Source of the DNA: a virus
Strand: one strand, 5' to 3'
Virus record (IMG/VR): IMGVR_UViG_3300027690_000123
Span: 1 to 49,990 of that record
Length of the DNA stretch: 49,990 bases
Under the pieces are notes generated by a model, which saw only the letters and a program-made list of their open reading frames with translations, did no database searches and had not been told where the DNA came from. Within the stretch, counting starts at the first letter, position 1. Each line of letters starts with the position of its first letter. The position numbers were made by a program, and so were the translations under genes. This document shows positions 9,024 through 18,758 of the stretch, piece after piece.

Positions 9024-9570
9024 GGTATTTTCCTTTCCGTTGCGATGGTAATAACAGGACGTTTTCGATAAGGGCTTTGGCGCTGTCTTCCAGATCTTCC
9101 AGGGTTCCGATGTTTTCGACATAGACATCGTAGGCGTAGTCTTCTACGCCCATGTCCGCGTGGTTGTCTGGCACATGGCTTTTTGCGCCTCGCACCAACA
9201 CGGTGATGCAATCCATCGGGTATCGATTGGCTACCTTTTCGATCTCCTCGGGCTCCCTGGCATGGACAAAAATCAAGATCCTGTCGCTTGGTTTTTTGTT
9301 CCATCGGGTGGATTCCACCAATTCGACGATCTCTCTGAAGGGACCGTCACAATATCGGGTGTAGGCATCCTTCAGATCCGACCAGAGGCGACGTTCCTTG
9401 TCGCCTTTTTGTTTGGTTTCATCGGCCCCAAAGAATTTGGCTGCCTCTTTTACGGTTGCAACGGTGCTATGGTTGATCACGGTCCCGTTGAAATTCTTTT
9501 TGATAAGGCTGACGAAGGTGTCTTTCCCGTGCTTTGCCACCCCATTTACAATTACGATCTTGAGAGTCAT
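8860..9570 (-). CDS. P-loop deoxynucleoside monophosphate kinase-like protein (possible stop-loss extension)
   Basis: NGVAKHGKDT Walker A, HAREPEEI, NHADMGVEDYAYDVYVEN..TLEDL. AGGAGG RBS before MTLK. The tail overlaps the next gene by about 160 nt. Confidence 0.78.
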   Translation of the reverse strand: MTLKIVIVNGVAKHGKDTFVSLIKKNFNGTVINHSTVATVKEAAKFFGADETKQKGDKERRLWSDLKDAYTRYCDGPFREIVELVESTRWNKKPSDRILIFVHAREPEEIEKVANRYPMDCITVLVRGAKSHVPDNHADMGVEDYAYDVYVENIGTLEDLEDSAKALIENVLLLPSQRKGKYHERKQASPPGPSPQGEKSDENPIPADHPGENGDPHKSPYRPAGRDERSLSGVAR

Positions 9571-9580
9571 CGGCGGCCTC

Positions 9581-10228
9581 CTATGCACAGACCTCGACCA
9601 TCGGCAGAAGGTAGTTGTCGATCACGATCTTGGACCAGGGCTCCCAGGAAACGGTGATATCGGCAGCGGTTTCCAACAAGGGTTGCATCTTGCCTTCGAG
9701 CTTATCTTTTTCCATGACTTCGACCGTGGCTGCTGAGTCCAATTCAATGTGATAAACCAGGCCCAAATGGACTTTTCCGACATCATTCTGGTCATCGTTG
9801 ATCATCCCCACGAGCGTCGGAATGAGGATAGGCGGCTGATGATTCAGTACCAAAACCTCCTCCGCCAATTCGCGCATCATGCTGGCATGGATCAACGGAT
9901 TGATGCCGCGATTCATCTCTTTCATGGGGTTGATATGGCCGCCGACCCCCAGGCTTGCCATGGTGTGCAGCCGGGTTTCATCGCTGCCGGTCTTTCGCCG
10001 GTAAACAAAGATTGAATCGCCGGCGGTGAGCAGGCAATATGGGATCACTTGCTTGAATTCAGGATCGGTTTCACAATCTGCTCGACGGCGAAAGCTCGCA
10101 TATTTTTCGACCCTGTTTTTCAAATAATCGATCAACGGGCTTTTCCTGGCATACCCGGAAAAATAAAATCCGGATTCAAACAACAGATTTGTCGGTACTC
10201 CCATTACCAATTCATTTTCTTTTTTCAT
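9581..10228 (-). CDS. NUDIX-family phosphoesterase (YmaB/COG4112-like)
   Basis: ETDPEFKQVIPY, SLGVGGHINP, RELAEEV (Nudix box), NDVGKVHLG. Confidence 0.85.
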   Translation of the reverse strand: MKKENELVMGVPTNLLFESGFYFSGYARKSPLIDYLKNRVEKYASFRRRADCETDPEFKQVIPYCLLTAGDSIFVYRRKTGSDETRLHTMASLGVGGHINPMKEMNRGINPLIHASMMRELAEEVLVLNHQPPILIPTLVGMINDDQNDVGKVHLGLVYHIELDSAATVEVMEKDKLEGKMQPLLETAADITVSWEPWSKIVIDNYLLPMVEVCA

Positions 10229-10231
10229 CCT

Positions 10232-10468
10232 TTACTCCTCCTCGGTCTTCAACATGCAGCTTTCATCTTCTGAAAATTTAAAATTATGCTTCGGAGAGAT
10301 ATATCTTGCTCTCTCAAAGTCGGCATAATCGATTGCCGGTTGGGATTCAGCATCGTGAGTGTGTTGCAAATAAAGCTGGTAGGCATGCAGTTCTTTACAT
10401 ATCTCCGAACAAACGGTTTTATTTTTCTTAAAACACTGTGGCCTTGCACACGGACTCAGGCTTTTCAT
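10232..10468 (-). CDS. Hypothetical protein
   Basis: 78 aa, Cys-rich N-terminus, preceded by a palindrome variant at 10489. Confidence 0.55.
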   Translation of the reverse strand: MKSLSPCARPQCFKKNKTVCSEICKELHAYQLYLQHTHDAESQPAIDYADFERARYISPKHNFKFSEDESCMLKTEEE

Positions 10469-10524
10469 GGTGCAGCCCCTTTAGCGAAGTAATTGATTAG
10501 GTTGATACTGCTATGCAAAAAAGC

Positions 10525-12843
10525 CTATCCGCACTTTGAGCCGCAATTGGGGCAAAATTCACATCCGTCGTGCATATATGTTGGGGCATTGCATTCGGCG
10601 CAACGGCGGATTGGGATGGAATCCTTTTCTATGTATTCGACCTCTGGTGGGTGGGTATTCCCGTTACAATAAAACCGATGAATAACCTTGCCGATAGCAT
10701 CCGGAATACTGATGATCGGGATGGCTTTTTGATCCGATTCATCGAGGCGATCCCATGCAACGGTGCCGTCGTTGATGTTTTCGATAGTCCGGGCAAGGCG
10801 TTCCGGGGCTACCCCTTCTTGCAAAGCGATGGAAACCAGCCGGGCCATGGCTTCGAGGTTGGCGGCATTAACTGAGCCGTTTTTGCCGCCGTTGGTAAAA
10901 ATCTCCATCGGGCGGCCGGCATCATCGCAATTGACGGTGAGATAAATTCGGCCATGACCGGTGTTCACTTCATGAGTGTACCCGTGACGGACCTTTGGAC
11001 GATAAATTGGGGGCAAGGGTTTCTTTTCGGCAGTCGTTGAAACCGGGGGATGGAGTTCCTCAACTGTCTTGCCGAATCGCACCGGTTGATCTTTCAGACA
11101 GCCATCCCGATAAACGGTGATGCCTTTCAATCCCATTTTCCAAGCCTCGATGTAGATCTCACCGATTTCTTCCACTGTGGCTGAATTCGGCAGATTGATC
11201 GTCGAGCTGATTGAGTTGGAAATGCCTTTTTGCAGGGCGGCTTGCATCTTTATTCGGGAATGCCAATCAAGGTCGTGGGCGCAAACGAAAATATCGGCGG
11301 CTGCCGGCAGGTCCAGACCTTTTAACGACCCATGATTCTCTGCGATTTTCTTTATTGCGGATGGATACCAAGGCATTCCCGAAAACTTTCGTTCAAAAAT
11401 TGGGTTCACAAAGACCAATACATCTTTTGAATCCGAAAGGTGTTTGTCGTAACAAATGGCAAACAATGGCTCCATGCCCTGGCTGCAGTCACATGAAATG
11501 GAAGTTGAGCCGGTCGGGGCGATGGTCGTCCATTGGCTGTTGCGGATGCCATGTTTTTCGATCTGTTCGATCAGGGCCAGGTCATATCCGGCAAACCGGC
11601 GGATGACATCCAACGTTGCTTCCCGATTTTTATCGAGCATCGGAAACGGGGCTTTTGAAATGGCCAAATCCGCCGAAGTTCGGATCGCCTCTGTAGTCAA
11701 TGTGCGACTGAGAACAGTGGCAAAATCAAAGGAATCCTCTGACCCGTACCGAATGCCGAGCAGAATCAAAGCGTCGGCAAAACCCATAATCCCAAGGCCG
11801 ATTGGCCGGGTCAGCTTGGCCATTTTTTCATACTCGGGTGTGGGAAAGCCTGACAAATCGATGCAGTTATCGAGGAAGGTCGTGGCCTGGGATACGATGG
11901 TTTTAAATTCTTTCCATAAAAACTGGCCTTCACTTGAGACAAATGCGGCGACGTTGATTGAACCCAGGCCGCACGCTTGCCTGGGGTGCAAAGTCTGCTC
12001 GCCACAAGGATTTGTTGTCACCATTCGGCCTATGCTGGGGACGGTGTTATCGGCGTTGGCGTGATCGATGAACCACATCCCCGGGTCACCGTTACGCCAG
12101 GCGTTTTGGATGATTTGCTGGTAAATGTCTCTGGCCTGGTGGGTAGCTTTGATTTCACCGTCAACAACACCGATCAAATGCCATTCCGTATCATCGATGA
12201 CGGCTTGCATGAAGTTATCCGAGGCGGCGATGGAAAGATTCATGGCACTGAACAAAGGTGTTTTTTCTCCGTTGGGGAGAATAACGAATTCATCGCTTTC
12301 AGCTTTGATTCTGATGAACTCCAAAAGATCCGGATGGGTGTCGGTCATCATCGCCATATGAGCCGCACGCCGGCTGCTTCCGCCCGATTTCACAGCATGT
12401 GCGGTCCCGGCAGATTTCCGGAGAAATTGAACCGGTCCAGAGCTTTTTCCGCCCGTGGATAGTGGGGTGTTTTTCTCCCGCAGCATGCCGTAATTTCCAC
12501 CAATTCCCGAGCCCGATTTATAGATAATGGCTGCATCCCTGTCGAAGTCGAGGATGCTGATCATATCGTCTTGCAGATCACCGACAAAGCAAGCCGATGT
12601 TTGGGGGTTCTTTCTCACACCGGCATTCATAAAAGTCGGGGTGTTCGGCCGGAATTGATTCTTTTCCATCATTTGGAAAAATTGTTCTTCACGGACTTTA
12701 CGGCGGTCGGGATCTTTTTCGGCTGATGCTGCAAAGCAGGCAACCCGCCGGTGGGTTTCTGTTGAGGTTGTCTCCTTGAGAATCTCTGAAAAATACAGCT
12801 TCTTGTAAATGGCCAGGGCGTTGTCAGACAGTCGTTTGGGCAT
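10525..12843 (-). CDS. nrdJ: Class II (B12-dependent) ribonucleotide reductase with TSCPD and Zn-ribbon tail
   Basis: PNTPTFMNAG, SACFV, TNPCGEQ, RPIGLG, TIAPTG, GITVYRDG, TGHGRIYLTVN, terminal CxxC..CxxC. No beta subunit nearby. Confidence 0.92.
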   Translation of the reverse strand: MPKRLSDNALAIYKKLYFSEILKETTSTETHRRVACFAASAEKDPDRRKVREEQFFQMMEKNQFRPNTPTFMNAGVRKNPQTSACFVGDLQDDMISILDFDRDAAIIYKSGSGIGGNYGMLREKNTPLSTGGKSSGPVQFLRKSAGTAHAVKSGGSSRRAAHMAMMTDTHPDLLEFIRIKAESDEFVILPNGEKTPLFSAMNLSIAASDNFMQAVIDDTEWHLIGVVDGEIKATHQARDIYQQIIQNAWRNGDPGMWFIDHANADNTVPSIGRMVTTNPCGEQTLHPRQACGLGSINVAAFVSSEGQFLWKEFKTIVSQATTFLDNCIDLSGFPTPEYEKMAKLTRPIGLGIMGFADALILLGIRYGSEDSFDFATVLSRTLTTEAIRTSADLAISKAPFPMLDKNREATLDVIRRFAGYDLALIEQIEKHGIRNSQWTTIAPTGSTSISCDCSQGMEPLFAICYDKHLSDSKDVLVFVNPIFERKFSGMPWYPSAIKKIAENHGSLKGLDLPAAADIFVCAHDLDWHSRIKMQAALQKGISNSISSTINLPNSATVEEIGEIYIEAWKMGLKGITVYRDGCLKDQPVRFGKTVEELHPPVSTTAEKKPLPPIYRPKVRHGYTHEVNTGHGRIYLTVNCDDAGRPMEIFTNGGKNGSVNAANLEAMARLVSIALQEGVAPERLARTIENINDGTVAWDRLDESDQKAIPIISIPDAIGKVIHRFYCNGNTHPPEVEYIEKDSIPIRRCAECNAPTYMHDGCEFCPNCGSKCG

Positions 12844-12868
12844 AGAGCGTTTCTCCTATTGGTTCTCG

Positions 12869-13645
12869 TTACTCTTGGATTCCGGCCCGGATTTTGGCCA
12901 GATCCTTGACGTATCCGTAGATGTGAAGCCCTTTGCTGGAGCAAATCATTTCACCTTGTTCGACACCGATCTCAGCCGCCATATACTCTTGGAGCATGCT
13001 GATGCCGGCCAGGTTGGCGGGGAAGCCACCCCACAAGTCCCAGGAACGTAAATAGGGGAAAAAATGGAGCTGGCCATCTTGGATGCGGGTATCGATGGAT
13101 CTCAGGCAGGGCGGATCGGATAGTAGCAGGTCCGATGGTTGAGCGACCTGGAGCACCATCTGGTTGTTGCGGGGGCCATATTCTTTATAGGTTTTGATGA
13201 TGCGTTCGATCTGGTTGAGTTGGGCGAATTCGGTGGGGGGTTGCACCCGTTCGCCTGTGTCTATTTGTACTTTAAAAAAGATAATCTGTGGTTGTGCTGT
13301 TGCTAAAAACAAATACCCAGCCAGGCGCTCGCCGTAGGTGTATTGCTCTCCAGGCTCCTTATCGGGGGTCATGATGTATTTGGCATAATTCCGGACGTAA
13401 TCCTTGGTCACCGGGGCGGGCATCGGCGAGCTTTCCGGCATCTCGGGGATCAGCGGCAAACCATCAACATCCCTCAAATACGGTTTGGTGATATGAACAT
13501 CCACCCAATCGAGTTCGAGGCGAGTTTGGCCGGCATATGAGCCATGATCGATTTTAAATTCGCGGCCTTGTTTGACGGCAGCATAGATCAATTGGAACCA
13601 GGCGTCGGGCAAGGTGGTTGCGGTAATGATGATCCGGTTAAGCAT
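12869..13645 (-). CDS. thyA: Thymidylate synthase-family protein (archaeal/deltaproteobacterial type)
   Basis: YTYGERL, DPPCL (catalytic Cys), RSWDLWGGFPAN, GLHIY. Start taken at MLNRII. Confidence 0.85.
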   Translation of the reverse strand: MLNRIIITATTLPDAWFQLIYAAVKQGREFKIDHGSYAGQTRLELDWVDVHITKPYLRDVDGLPLIPEMPESSPMPAPVTKDYVRNYAKYIMTPDKEPGEQYTYGERLAGYLFLATAQPQIIFFKVQIDTGERVQPPTEFAQLNQIERIIKTYKEYGPRNNQMVLQVAQPSDLLLSDPPCLRSIDTRIQDGQLHFFPYLRSWDLWGGFPANLAGISMLQEYMAAEIGVEQGEMICSSKGLHIYGYVKDLAKIRAGIQE

Positions 13646-13773
13646 AAGCTCTCCTTTTCTCTTTATTCTTTCTGGCGAGGTATTTCGCCCATCCTGGCGC
13701 CTTTCATCCACTACATTCCGATCAAAGAGCGACAGATAGGCTATCTTGTAACAAACCCAAAAATGGGAAACAA

Positions 13774-13785
13774 GTAATTAATTAC
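13774..13785. promoter_or_regulatory. Palindromic operator-like site upstream of the thyA-nrdJ unit
   Basis: Perfect GTAATTAATTAC; the flanked form AAGTAATTAATTACAATGA is identical to the int site. Confidence 0.7.
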
Positions 13786-13814
13786 AATGAAACAAAATAA
13801 TTACAAAGCCGGGG

Positions 13815-14351
13815 TCACCGCATCGGAAAACGGCACTCAGGAAGGGCGGATAAGGGCTGTTTTTTCCGATCCGACATCAGTATCCGTTGGTTCAAAAACG
13901 TAACGGTATCAGCAACTTTCAATCGTGAGGAAAAGTCGTCTTCAAAACAGATCACCGAAGTGCGTTTGCCAAGCTCTTGGTATCGGCGGATCATGTCGGA
14001 AAAACCGCCGTCCCCGGAAACCAAAACCAAATGATCCACCTGATGGATCATGGCCATTCCGTCTTCAATGATTTCCGGGTCCCAATTTGAGTTTTGAAGC
14101 TGCTCCTTTTTTGAGTAAAGCACCTTGATTTTGACGGTATATCCTACCTTCCTCAACAAACTTAAAAATCGGGTCTGATCGATGATTGGATCGGCCACCA
14201 GATAATTGATCACCGTGGCGGTTTTGTAACCGCCTGTGATCATCTGATACAGTTTAGAAAAATCCACCTTTGATCCTGGTCCCCATTTTTCCCGTGGGGT
14301 GTAATAAAGGTTTTCTGCATCGACCAATCCAAGTATTCGTTCAAATGACAT
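13815..14351 (-). CDS. NYN-domain (LabA/DUF88, PIN-like) protein
   Basis: LVDAENL, NWDPEI, LVSGDGGF, SSRLKVAD. Confidence 0.85.
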   Translation of the reverse strand: MSFERILGLVDAENLYYTPREKWGPGSKVDFSKLYQMITGGYKTATVINYLVADPIIDQTRFLSLLRKVGYTVKIKVLYSKKEQLQNSNWDPEIIEDGMAMIHQVDHLVLVSGDGGFSDMIRRYQELGKRTSVICFEDDFSSRLKVADTVTFLNQRILMSDRKKQPLSALPECRFPMR

Positions 14352-14363
14352 AGGCTGCTCCTT

Positions 14364-14858
14364 TCAGATGAGAACCAGGGGCTTTCGGGATATTTTCTTT
14401 TCCTGGGGTTCATTTTGATATTTCTTTTCCGGGTTAAGTACAGGCAACAAAGAACCTTCCCGAATTTCATGAAATTCGACACTTTTTAAGACAACAAGGA
14501 TGTAGTGATTCATGTCTGCAGTAACTACCCACCCGTCGGCGAATAAGTCCCGGCTGACGGGGATACAACCTGGCCTGACTTGTTCCATCGACGCGGTTAT
14601 CATTGGGTCGCTATCGGTTTCATCAACGGATGGAGTGTGAGCCGTCACGGTGAGAACCTGAACGTCTTCGATGGTGGCGGCCTTCTTCAATTCAAAAATC
14701 GCTTCAAGGTTTTGGGTGACGGCTTCCATTGATTCCGATAAATAATGGGTGTTCTGAGCTTGACCGGCAGATACCGTTTCAATCCTGTGATCGAAATAAA
14801 TTGCCAACCCTACGCCGATAACCAAAACGAAAATGTTTGCAAATATTCGAAGTTTCAT
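14364..14858 (-). pseudogene. Membrane-anchored 3D-domain (cell-wall hydrolase-like) protein, apparently damaged
   Basis: N-terminal TM helix; LTVTAHTPSVDETDSDPMITAS..VSRDL matches the 3D-domain start, but the rest of the domain is missing or garbled. Confidence 0.55.
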
Positions 14859-15346
14859 TCGACACCTCTCTTTCCGAGCAGTTCGGCGAGGCTAAATTTT
14901 GAACCAAGTGCTCCTTCAATATCAGTTGTTGTTTCGCTGAGCCGCACGCAATAGTTGTTGTAAACATAGGCAAATTGCGGGGTCACCAGCCGACTCTCGA
15001 CAAAGGCAGCGCCGGATTCAGTAATGCGCCACATCCCGGCATCATCCGGTGAGGTTTCAAGCAGCCCCCAAAAGCGCAGGATGCTATAATCCCGGGTAAT
15101 ATGGTGATCACTTTTGACGATCAGTTCTTTACTGACATTGATCCAGCGGTCGGCTGCCGGTCGATCGATGGTGAGGTTATAAATATCAACCAAGAACCGG
15201 GCCAGGGCGGATGAAAGTTTCCGGGGATACAATTTAACTACCTGGCCGCAAACCGGGCATTTGCAGGGTTTGAGGGTGATCGCCGTTTCGATCACCCATT
15301 TCTTGGCGTGACCGATGGTGGTTATCCCATGTGGGCACCGCAGCAT
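14855..15346 (-). CDS. Hypothetical protein with CxxC and winged-helix-like C-terminus
   Basis: CKCPVCGQ, RFWGLLE..GMWRITESG; GGAGG RBS. Confidence 0.65.
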   Translation of the reverse strand: MLRCPHGITTIGHAKKWVIETAITLKPCKCPVCGQVVKLYPRKLSSALARFLVDIYNLTIDRPAADRWINVSKELIVKSDHHITRDYSILRFWGLLETSPDDAGMWRITESGAAFVESRLVTPQFAYVYNNYCVRLSETTTDIEGALGSKFSLAELLGKRGVE

Positions 15347-15591
15347 GTGATCTCCTCCTTTTTCTCTGTCAAAGGATCGTCGAAAGAAACGCCCGTCAAG
15401 GTGTAATAGTCGGACCATGTGCGACCGCATTCGAGGCAACGGCAGGTTTGTTGGGCGCCGTTCGAATCGACAGAAATAAACCCACCCTCGACATCCTCGG
15501 ATTTACAGTCGGGGTAGGGGCATTTACTGAAACCCCGTTTGATGTATTCCTCTGCAGCTATTTCCTCGGGGGTTTGTTTTTTGTTTCTCAT
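15322..15591 (-). CDS. Hypothetical zinc-ribbon protein
   Basis: CPYPDC..CLECG; AGGAG RBS; palindrome variant at 15609. Confidence 0.65.
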   Translation of the reverse strand: MRNKKQTPEEIAAEEYIKRGFSKCPYPDCKSEDVEGGFISVDSNGAQQTCRCLECGRTWSDYYTLTGVSFDDPLTEKKEEITCCGAHMG

Positions 15592-15639
15592 AACGATCTC
15601 CTTTAAATGTAATGAATTACAATGATTTCGGGGCAAAAA

Positions 15640-16128
15640 TCATTTCGGGAATCGGGTTCGTTCACGGATGGTTTGCACCAGATCTTCAAACAACACCATG
15701 GCATAAAGCGGGGTGCTGTTTTTCTTGAAGACCAGAATCGGTCTGCCGTTGCCCGGCACCTTACCGGTTTTCTGTTTCTCGGCGTGGGCCTGGGCTTGGG
15801 TAAATTTGGCCCAAACGCTGTGATTCAACGAAGCGGTGACTTCGATCGCATGGAAGGGCCATTTTTTCCGAGCGGCTTCCGTCAACCGGACATCCTGGCC
15901 GGATTGGCCCATGGCGATGGATTCAAAATCCTCCGGGCTCAATAAGAAAGCCTCGACCAATATTTCAGCGACTTTCTGTTGAGCCCGCCTGGCTTTTTGT
16001 TTGACCGATTTATTGGTCATCCGTCTCTGTTTCTTTTCCTTCAACACCTCCTTGGAAATGATGGAGACTTCTTTATTGCAGGTCGGACAAAACCCGGTAA
16101 ATAGCTCTTTGATGGTTTTAAGATCCAT
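15640..16128 (-). CDS. PD-(D/E)xK Holliday junction resolvase-like protein
   Basis: KQKARRAQQKV, SIAMGQSGQDV, AIEVT (Lys replaced by Thr), QAQAH, PILVFKKN. Confidence 0.7.
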   Translation of the reverse strand: MDLKTIKELFTGFCPTCNKEVSIISKEVLKEKKQRRMTNKSVKQKARRAQQKVAEILVEAFLLSPEDFESIAMGQSGQDVRLTEAARKKWPFHAIEVTASLNHSVWAKFTQAQAHAEKQKTGKVPGNGRPILVFKKNSTPLYAMVLFEDLVQTIRERTRFPK

Positions 16129-16316
16129 TATTTTGGTCCCTCCTTTCCTTCTGCTTCATCGATGGCGGCTGACAATTCTTTCCAGTCATCGAACATTTCG
16201 CCCGTTTCTTCGTCATAGCATTCATCGCGGTCCATGGCGTCTTGCAAAAGCAATTTCGCGGCCGCCAACAAGCGGGAGTCTGTTCTCAAAACAGCCGCCG
16301 CTGCTTCATCTTTCAT
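16128..16316 (-). CDS. Hypothetical protein
   Basis: AGGAGG RBS; TAATG-coupled to the next gene. Confidence 0.6.
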   Translation of the reverse strand: MKDEAAAAVLRTDSRLLAAAKLLLQDAMDRDECYDEETGEMFDDWKELSAAIDEAEGKEGPK

Positions 16317-16326
16317 ATCTACCTCC

Positions 16327-18258
16327 TTACGCAATGATGCGTGAATAGCCGTCTTTCCCTTTGACGACGGTGATGGTGCTGTCGAACATCGCTTTCAATT
16401 CGCTGTTGTGGGTGACGACCAGGACCGTGCCGATTTCCTTCGATACCTCGTTGAGCATCTCGATGACGTTGGCGACGCCTTCACTGTCCAGGTTTTCAAA
16501 AGGTTCGTCGTAGCTGCAATATGAAAGGGTGTTGCGGCCATACGACCGGACCAGATCTTGGATGGATTGGGCGATACAGACATCAGCCCGTTTGCGTTCA
16601 CCACCACTGATCCCTTTGTACTTTTTGGCACCGTTCTTATGGCTGATGTTGATGGCGAACTTGTCTTTCATTCCACCGGTCTTGGTCTTGGTAACCGTGG
16701 AAAAATCGATCTCGATCTCGCCGCCGGTCACTGTGGTTGAATGATGATTGGCTCGTTCATTCAACGCCGGTGTTACGTTGTCGAGTAAGAACGAAGGGAT
16801 ACCGGAATAACCGAAGGCATTCTCCCAATATTCGACATGTTGAATCTCCGATTGTTTTTCAGCAATCACATCATCCAGCCCTTTCATCTTCATCAGGGCA
16901 TCATCGATGGTGGTTTGTTCCTTGTCGATATACGAGCGCCATGGCGAGGTTTCCTCTGCCCGTTTGAGTTTTGCAGCCCTGAGATCTCGAATTTGACCTT
17001 CCAACAAAGTGATCTCGGCTTTTGAGGCTTCGATCCGGGCGAGCTGAATTTTCAGGGCGGCGATTTGATTTTGGGCGTCCTGGCAGACTGAGACTTGATC
17101 TTGGACTTCAGCTTTCTGGTATTCAAACTCTTTCAGTTTGGGTTGGGCCCGGCTGATCAACGATTGATATTTTTCGATCTCGGCCGTGGTGATTTCGATC
17201 TGAACCTTCATCGAGGCAATGACCTCGGCCAAATCGTCCTCGGTGATGGGTTTGCCACATTCGCTGCAATTGGTTCCAACCCGCCGGCTGGCTAAACTGA
17301 GTTCGCGGGTCTTGGTATCCAGCAAGCGTTCAAGCTCCTTAGACTTGTGATAGAGCAATTTATAGGAATCGCTGAACCGGGAGAATGCCTCATCGATCGA
17401 GGTCTTATTATTGAGGATCTCAGGCAGGTTCTCGAGGGTTTTCCGATGGGCCTCCATCGCATCTCGGATTTCCGGGTCTTTCGTTTTCGCTCCGCGGATG
17501 AGTTCAAGCTTGGCTTCGACTTCAGCAATAGAACGATCGAATTTTTCCAGATCAGCCGTCTGAGTTGTGTCGAATGCGTCATGCTTAAATTGATAATCGC
17601 GTTGCCGGGTTTGGGCTTCGGTTACTTCCTCCTCAAGCCGAATCTTGCGGCCCTGGAGGGTGGCTTGCTCCTCACGGAGCGTTTTTAGATCCAGGCGAGT
17701 TTTTTCCAATGCCTGGGTGAACCGGCCCATGTCCAGGGCTTCGATGAAAACCTCTTTGAGCTGCTTGTCGGTAAAGGTGGAAAACGGTTTGACGTTGTTC
17801 TGACTGAAATAGGTGCTATTGCAAAACAAAGTGAAACCGCTGCCGATGAATTTTTCGATCCGCTGCTGGGTTTCAGTCTTATCGACGCCGGCCAGGTTTT
17901 CCTTTTCCCCTTCATCGTTGATTTTGAAAAACAAAAGGTCATCGCCGTGGTCGGAATGATTGCGGTATCGAATGATATGATATGTATCGGTTCCATCTTC
18001 AAATTCGGCTTCGACGTAACAGTCCTTTTTGTGAATGTTATTAACCACATCGTTGACATCTACGCCTTTGGTTGTTTTCCCGAACAGCACCCACGGCAAG
18101 GCTTCCTGGAGGTTTGTCTTTCCGGCGCCGTTGCTGCTGGCGGTGTCTGAAATTTCATTGACCCCATTAATGAGGGTCAGCCCCCGACCGTCGAGTTTGA
18201 CTGTGTTGCTGGGGCCGAAAGACATGAAATAATTCAAGGTCATCTGTATGAGCTTCAT
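16327..18258 (-). CDS. sbcC: SbcC/Rad50/T4 gp46-like SMC ATPase
   Basis: SNGAGKT Walker A, coiled coil with CSEC Zn-hook, ISGGE signature, YDEPF Walker B, VVTH. Confidence 0.93.
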   Translation of the reverse strand: MKLIQMTLNYFMSFGPSNTVKLDGRGLTLINGVNEISDTASSNGAGKTNLQEALPWVLFGKTTKGVDVNDVVNNIHKKDCYVEAEFEDGTDTYHIIRYRNHSDHGDDLLFFKINDEGEKENLAGVDKTETQQRIEKFIGSGFTLFCNSTYFSQNNVKPFSTFTDKQLKEVFIEALDMGRFTQALEKTRLDLKTLREEQATLQGRKIRLEEEVTEAQTRQRDYQFKHDAFDTTQTADLEKFDRSIAEVEAKLELIRGAKTKDPEIRDAMEAHRKTLENLPEILNNKTSIDEAFSRFSDSYKLLYHKSKELERLLDTKTRELSLASRRVGTNCSECGKPITEDDLAEVIASMKVQIEITTAEIEKYQSLISRAQPKLKEFEYQKAEVQDQVSVCQDAQNQIAALKIQLARIEASKAEITLLEGQIRDLRAAKLKRAEETSPWRSYIDKEQTTIDDALMKMKGLDDVIAEKQSEIQHVEYWENAFGYSGIPSFLLDNVTPALNERANHHSTTVTGGEIEIDFSTVTKTKTGGMKDKFAINISHKNGAKKYKGISGGERKRADVCIAQSIQDLVRSYGRNTLSYCSYDEPFENLDSEGVANVIEMLNEVSKEIGTVLVVTHNSELKAMFDSTITVVKGKDGYSRIIA

Positions 18259-18749
18259 ATCGATACCGCTGCCTCCTTTTTGCGTTTTTCGAGGATGTTT
18301 TTGACGCTTTCGCTGTGAATGGCCTGGGGAATTGATGCGAGGGGGTCATCTTCTTTGGCTTCCAAATCAAATTCCTCTGTCTTAAAAGGATCTTCGATTT
18401 TGCGCCTTGAGGTCGGATCGATTACGGCCATTTTTTTAATCATATCGGCTGGCGTGATAACAATTTCGCTATCTGGATCGGTGGGGTGGGTCAAAATGAC
18501 GTTGACGGCTTCAGGGCTCCTTTTACCGGGTTCGGTTCCTTTGACGCGGAACTCTTGATTCGGGTGATAAATGGTTTTCATGTGAAACTTCAGTTTGCCG
18601 TCAGACGCCTTGTACCGGGTCGGTAACTTGGCAGATTTTTTGACAGTCAGGATGGGATATACGCCTTTCGTCTTTTTGTATTCCTCGACGTAAGGGTTTA
18701 CGGTGATACCAAGTTCCTCAAATGAATGAGTATCGAAATAATCAGACAT
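18255..18749 (-). CDS. Hypothetical protein between gp47 and gp46
   Basis: 164 aa; GGAGG RBS; ATGA overlap with sbcC. Confidence 0.7.
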   Translation of the reverse strand: MSDYFDTHSFEELGITVNPYVEEYKKTKGVYPILTVKKSAKLPTRYKASDGKLKFHMKTIYHPNQEFRVKGTEPGKRSPEAVNVILTHPTDPDSEIVITPADMIKKMAVIDPTSRRKIEDPFKTEEFDLEAKEDDPLASIPQAIHSESVKNILEKRKKEAAVSI

Positions 18750-18758
18750 AACGGCCTC

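Noticed and set aside
12869-13645. dCMP hydroxymethylase
   Set aside because: The specificity residue is Asn (GFPAN), which indicates dUMP, not the Asp of dCMP enzymes.
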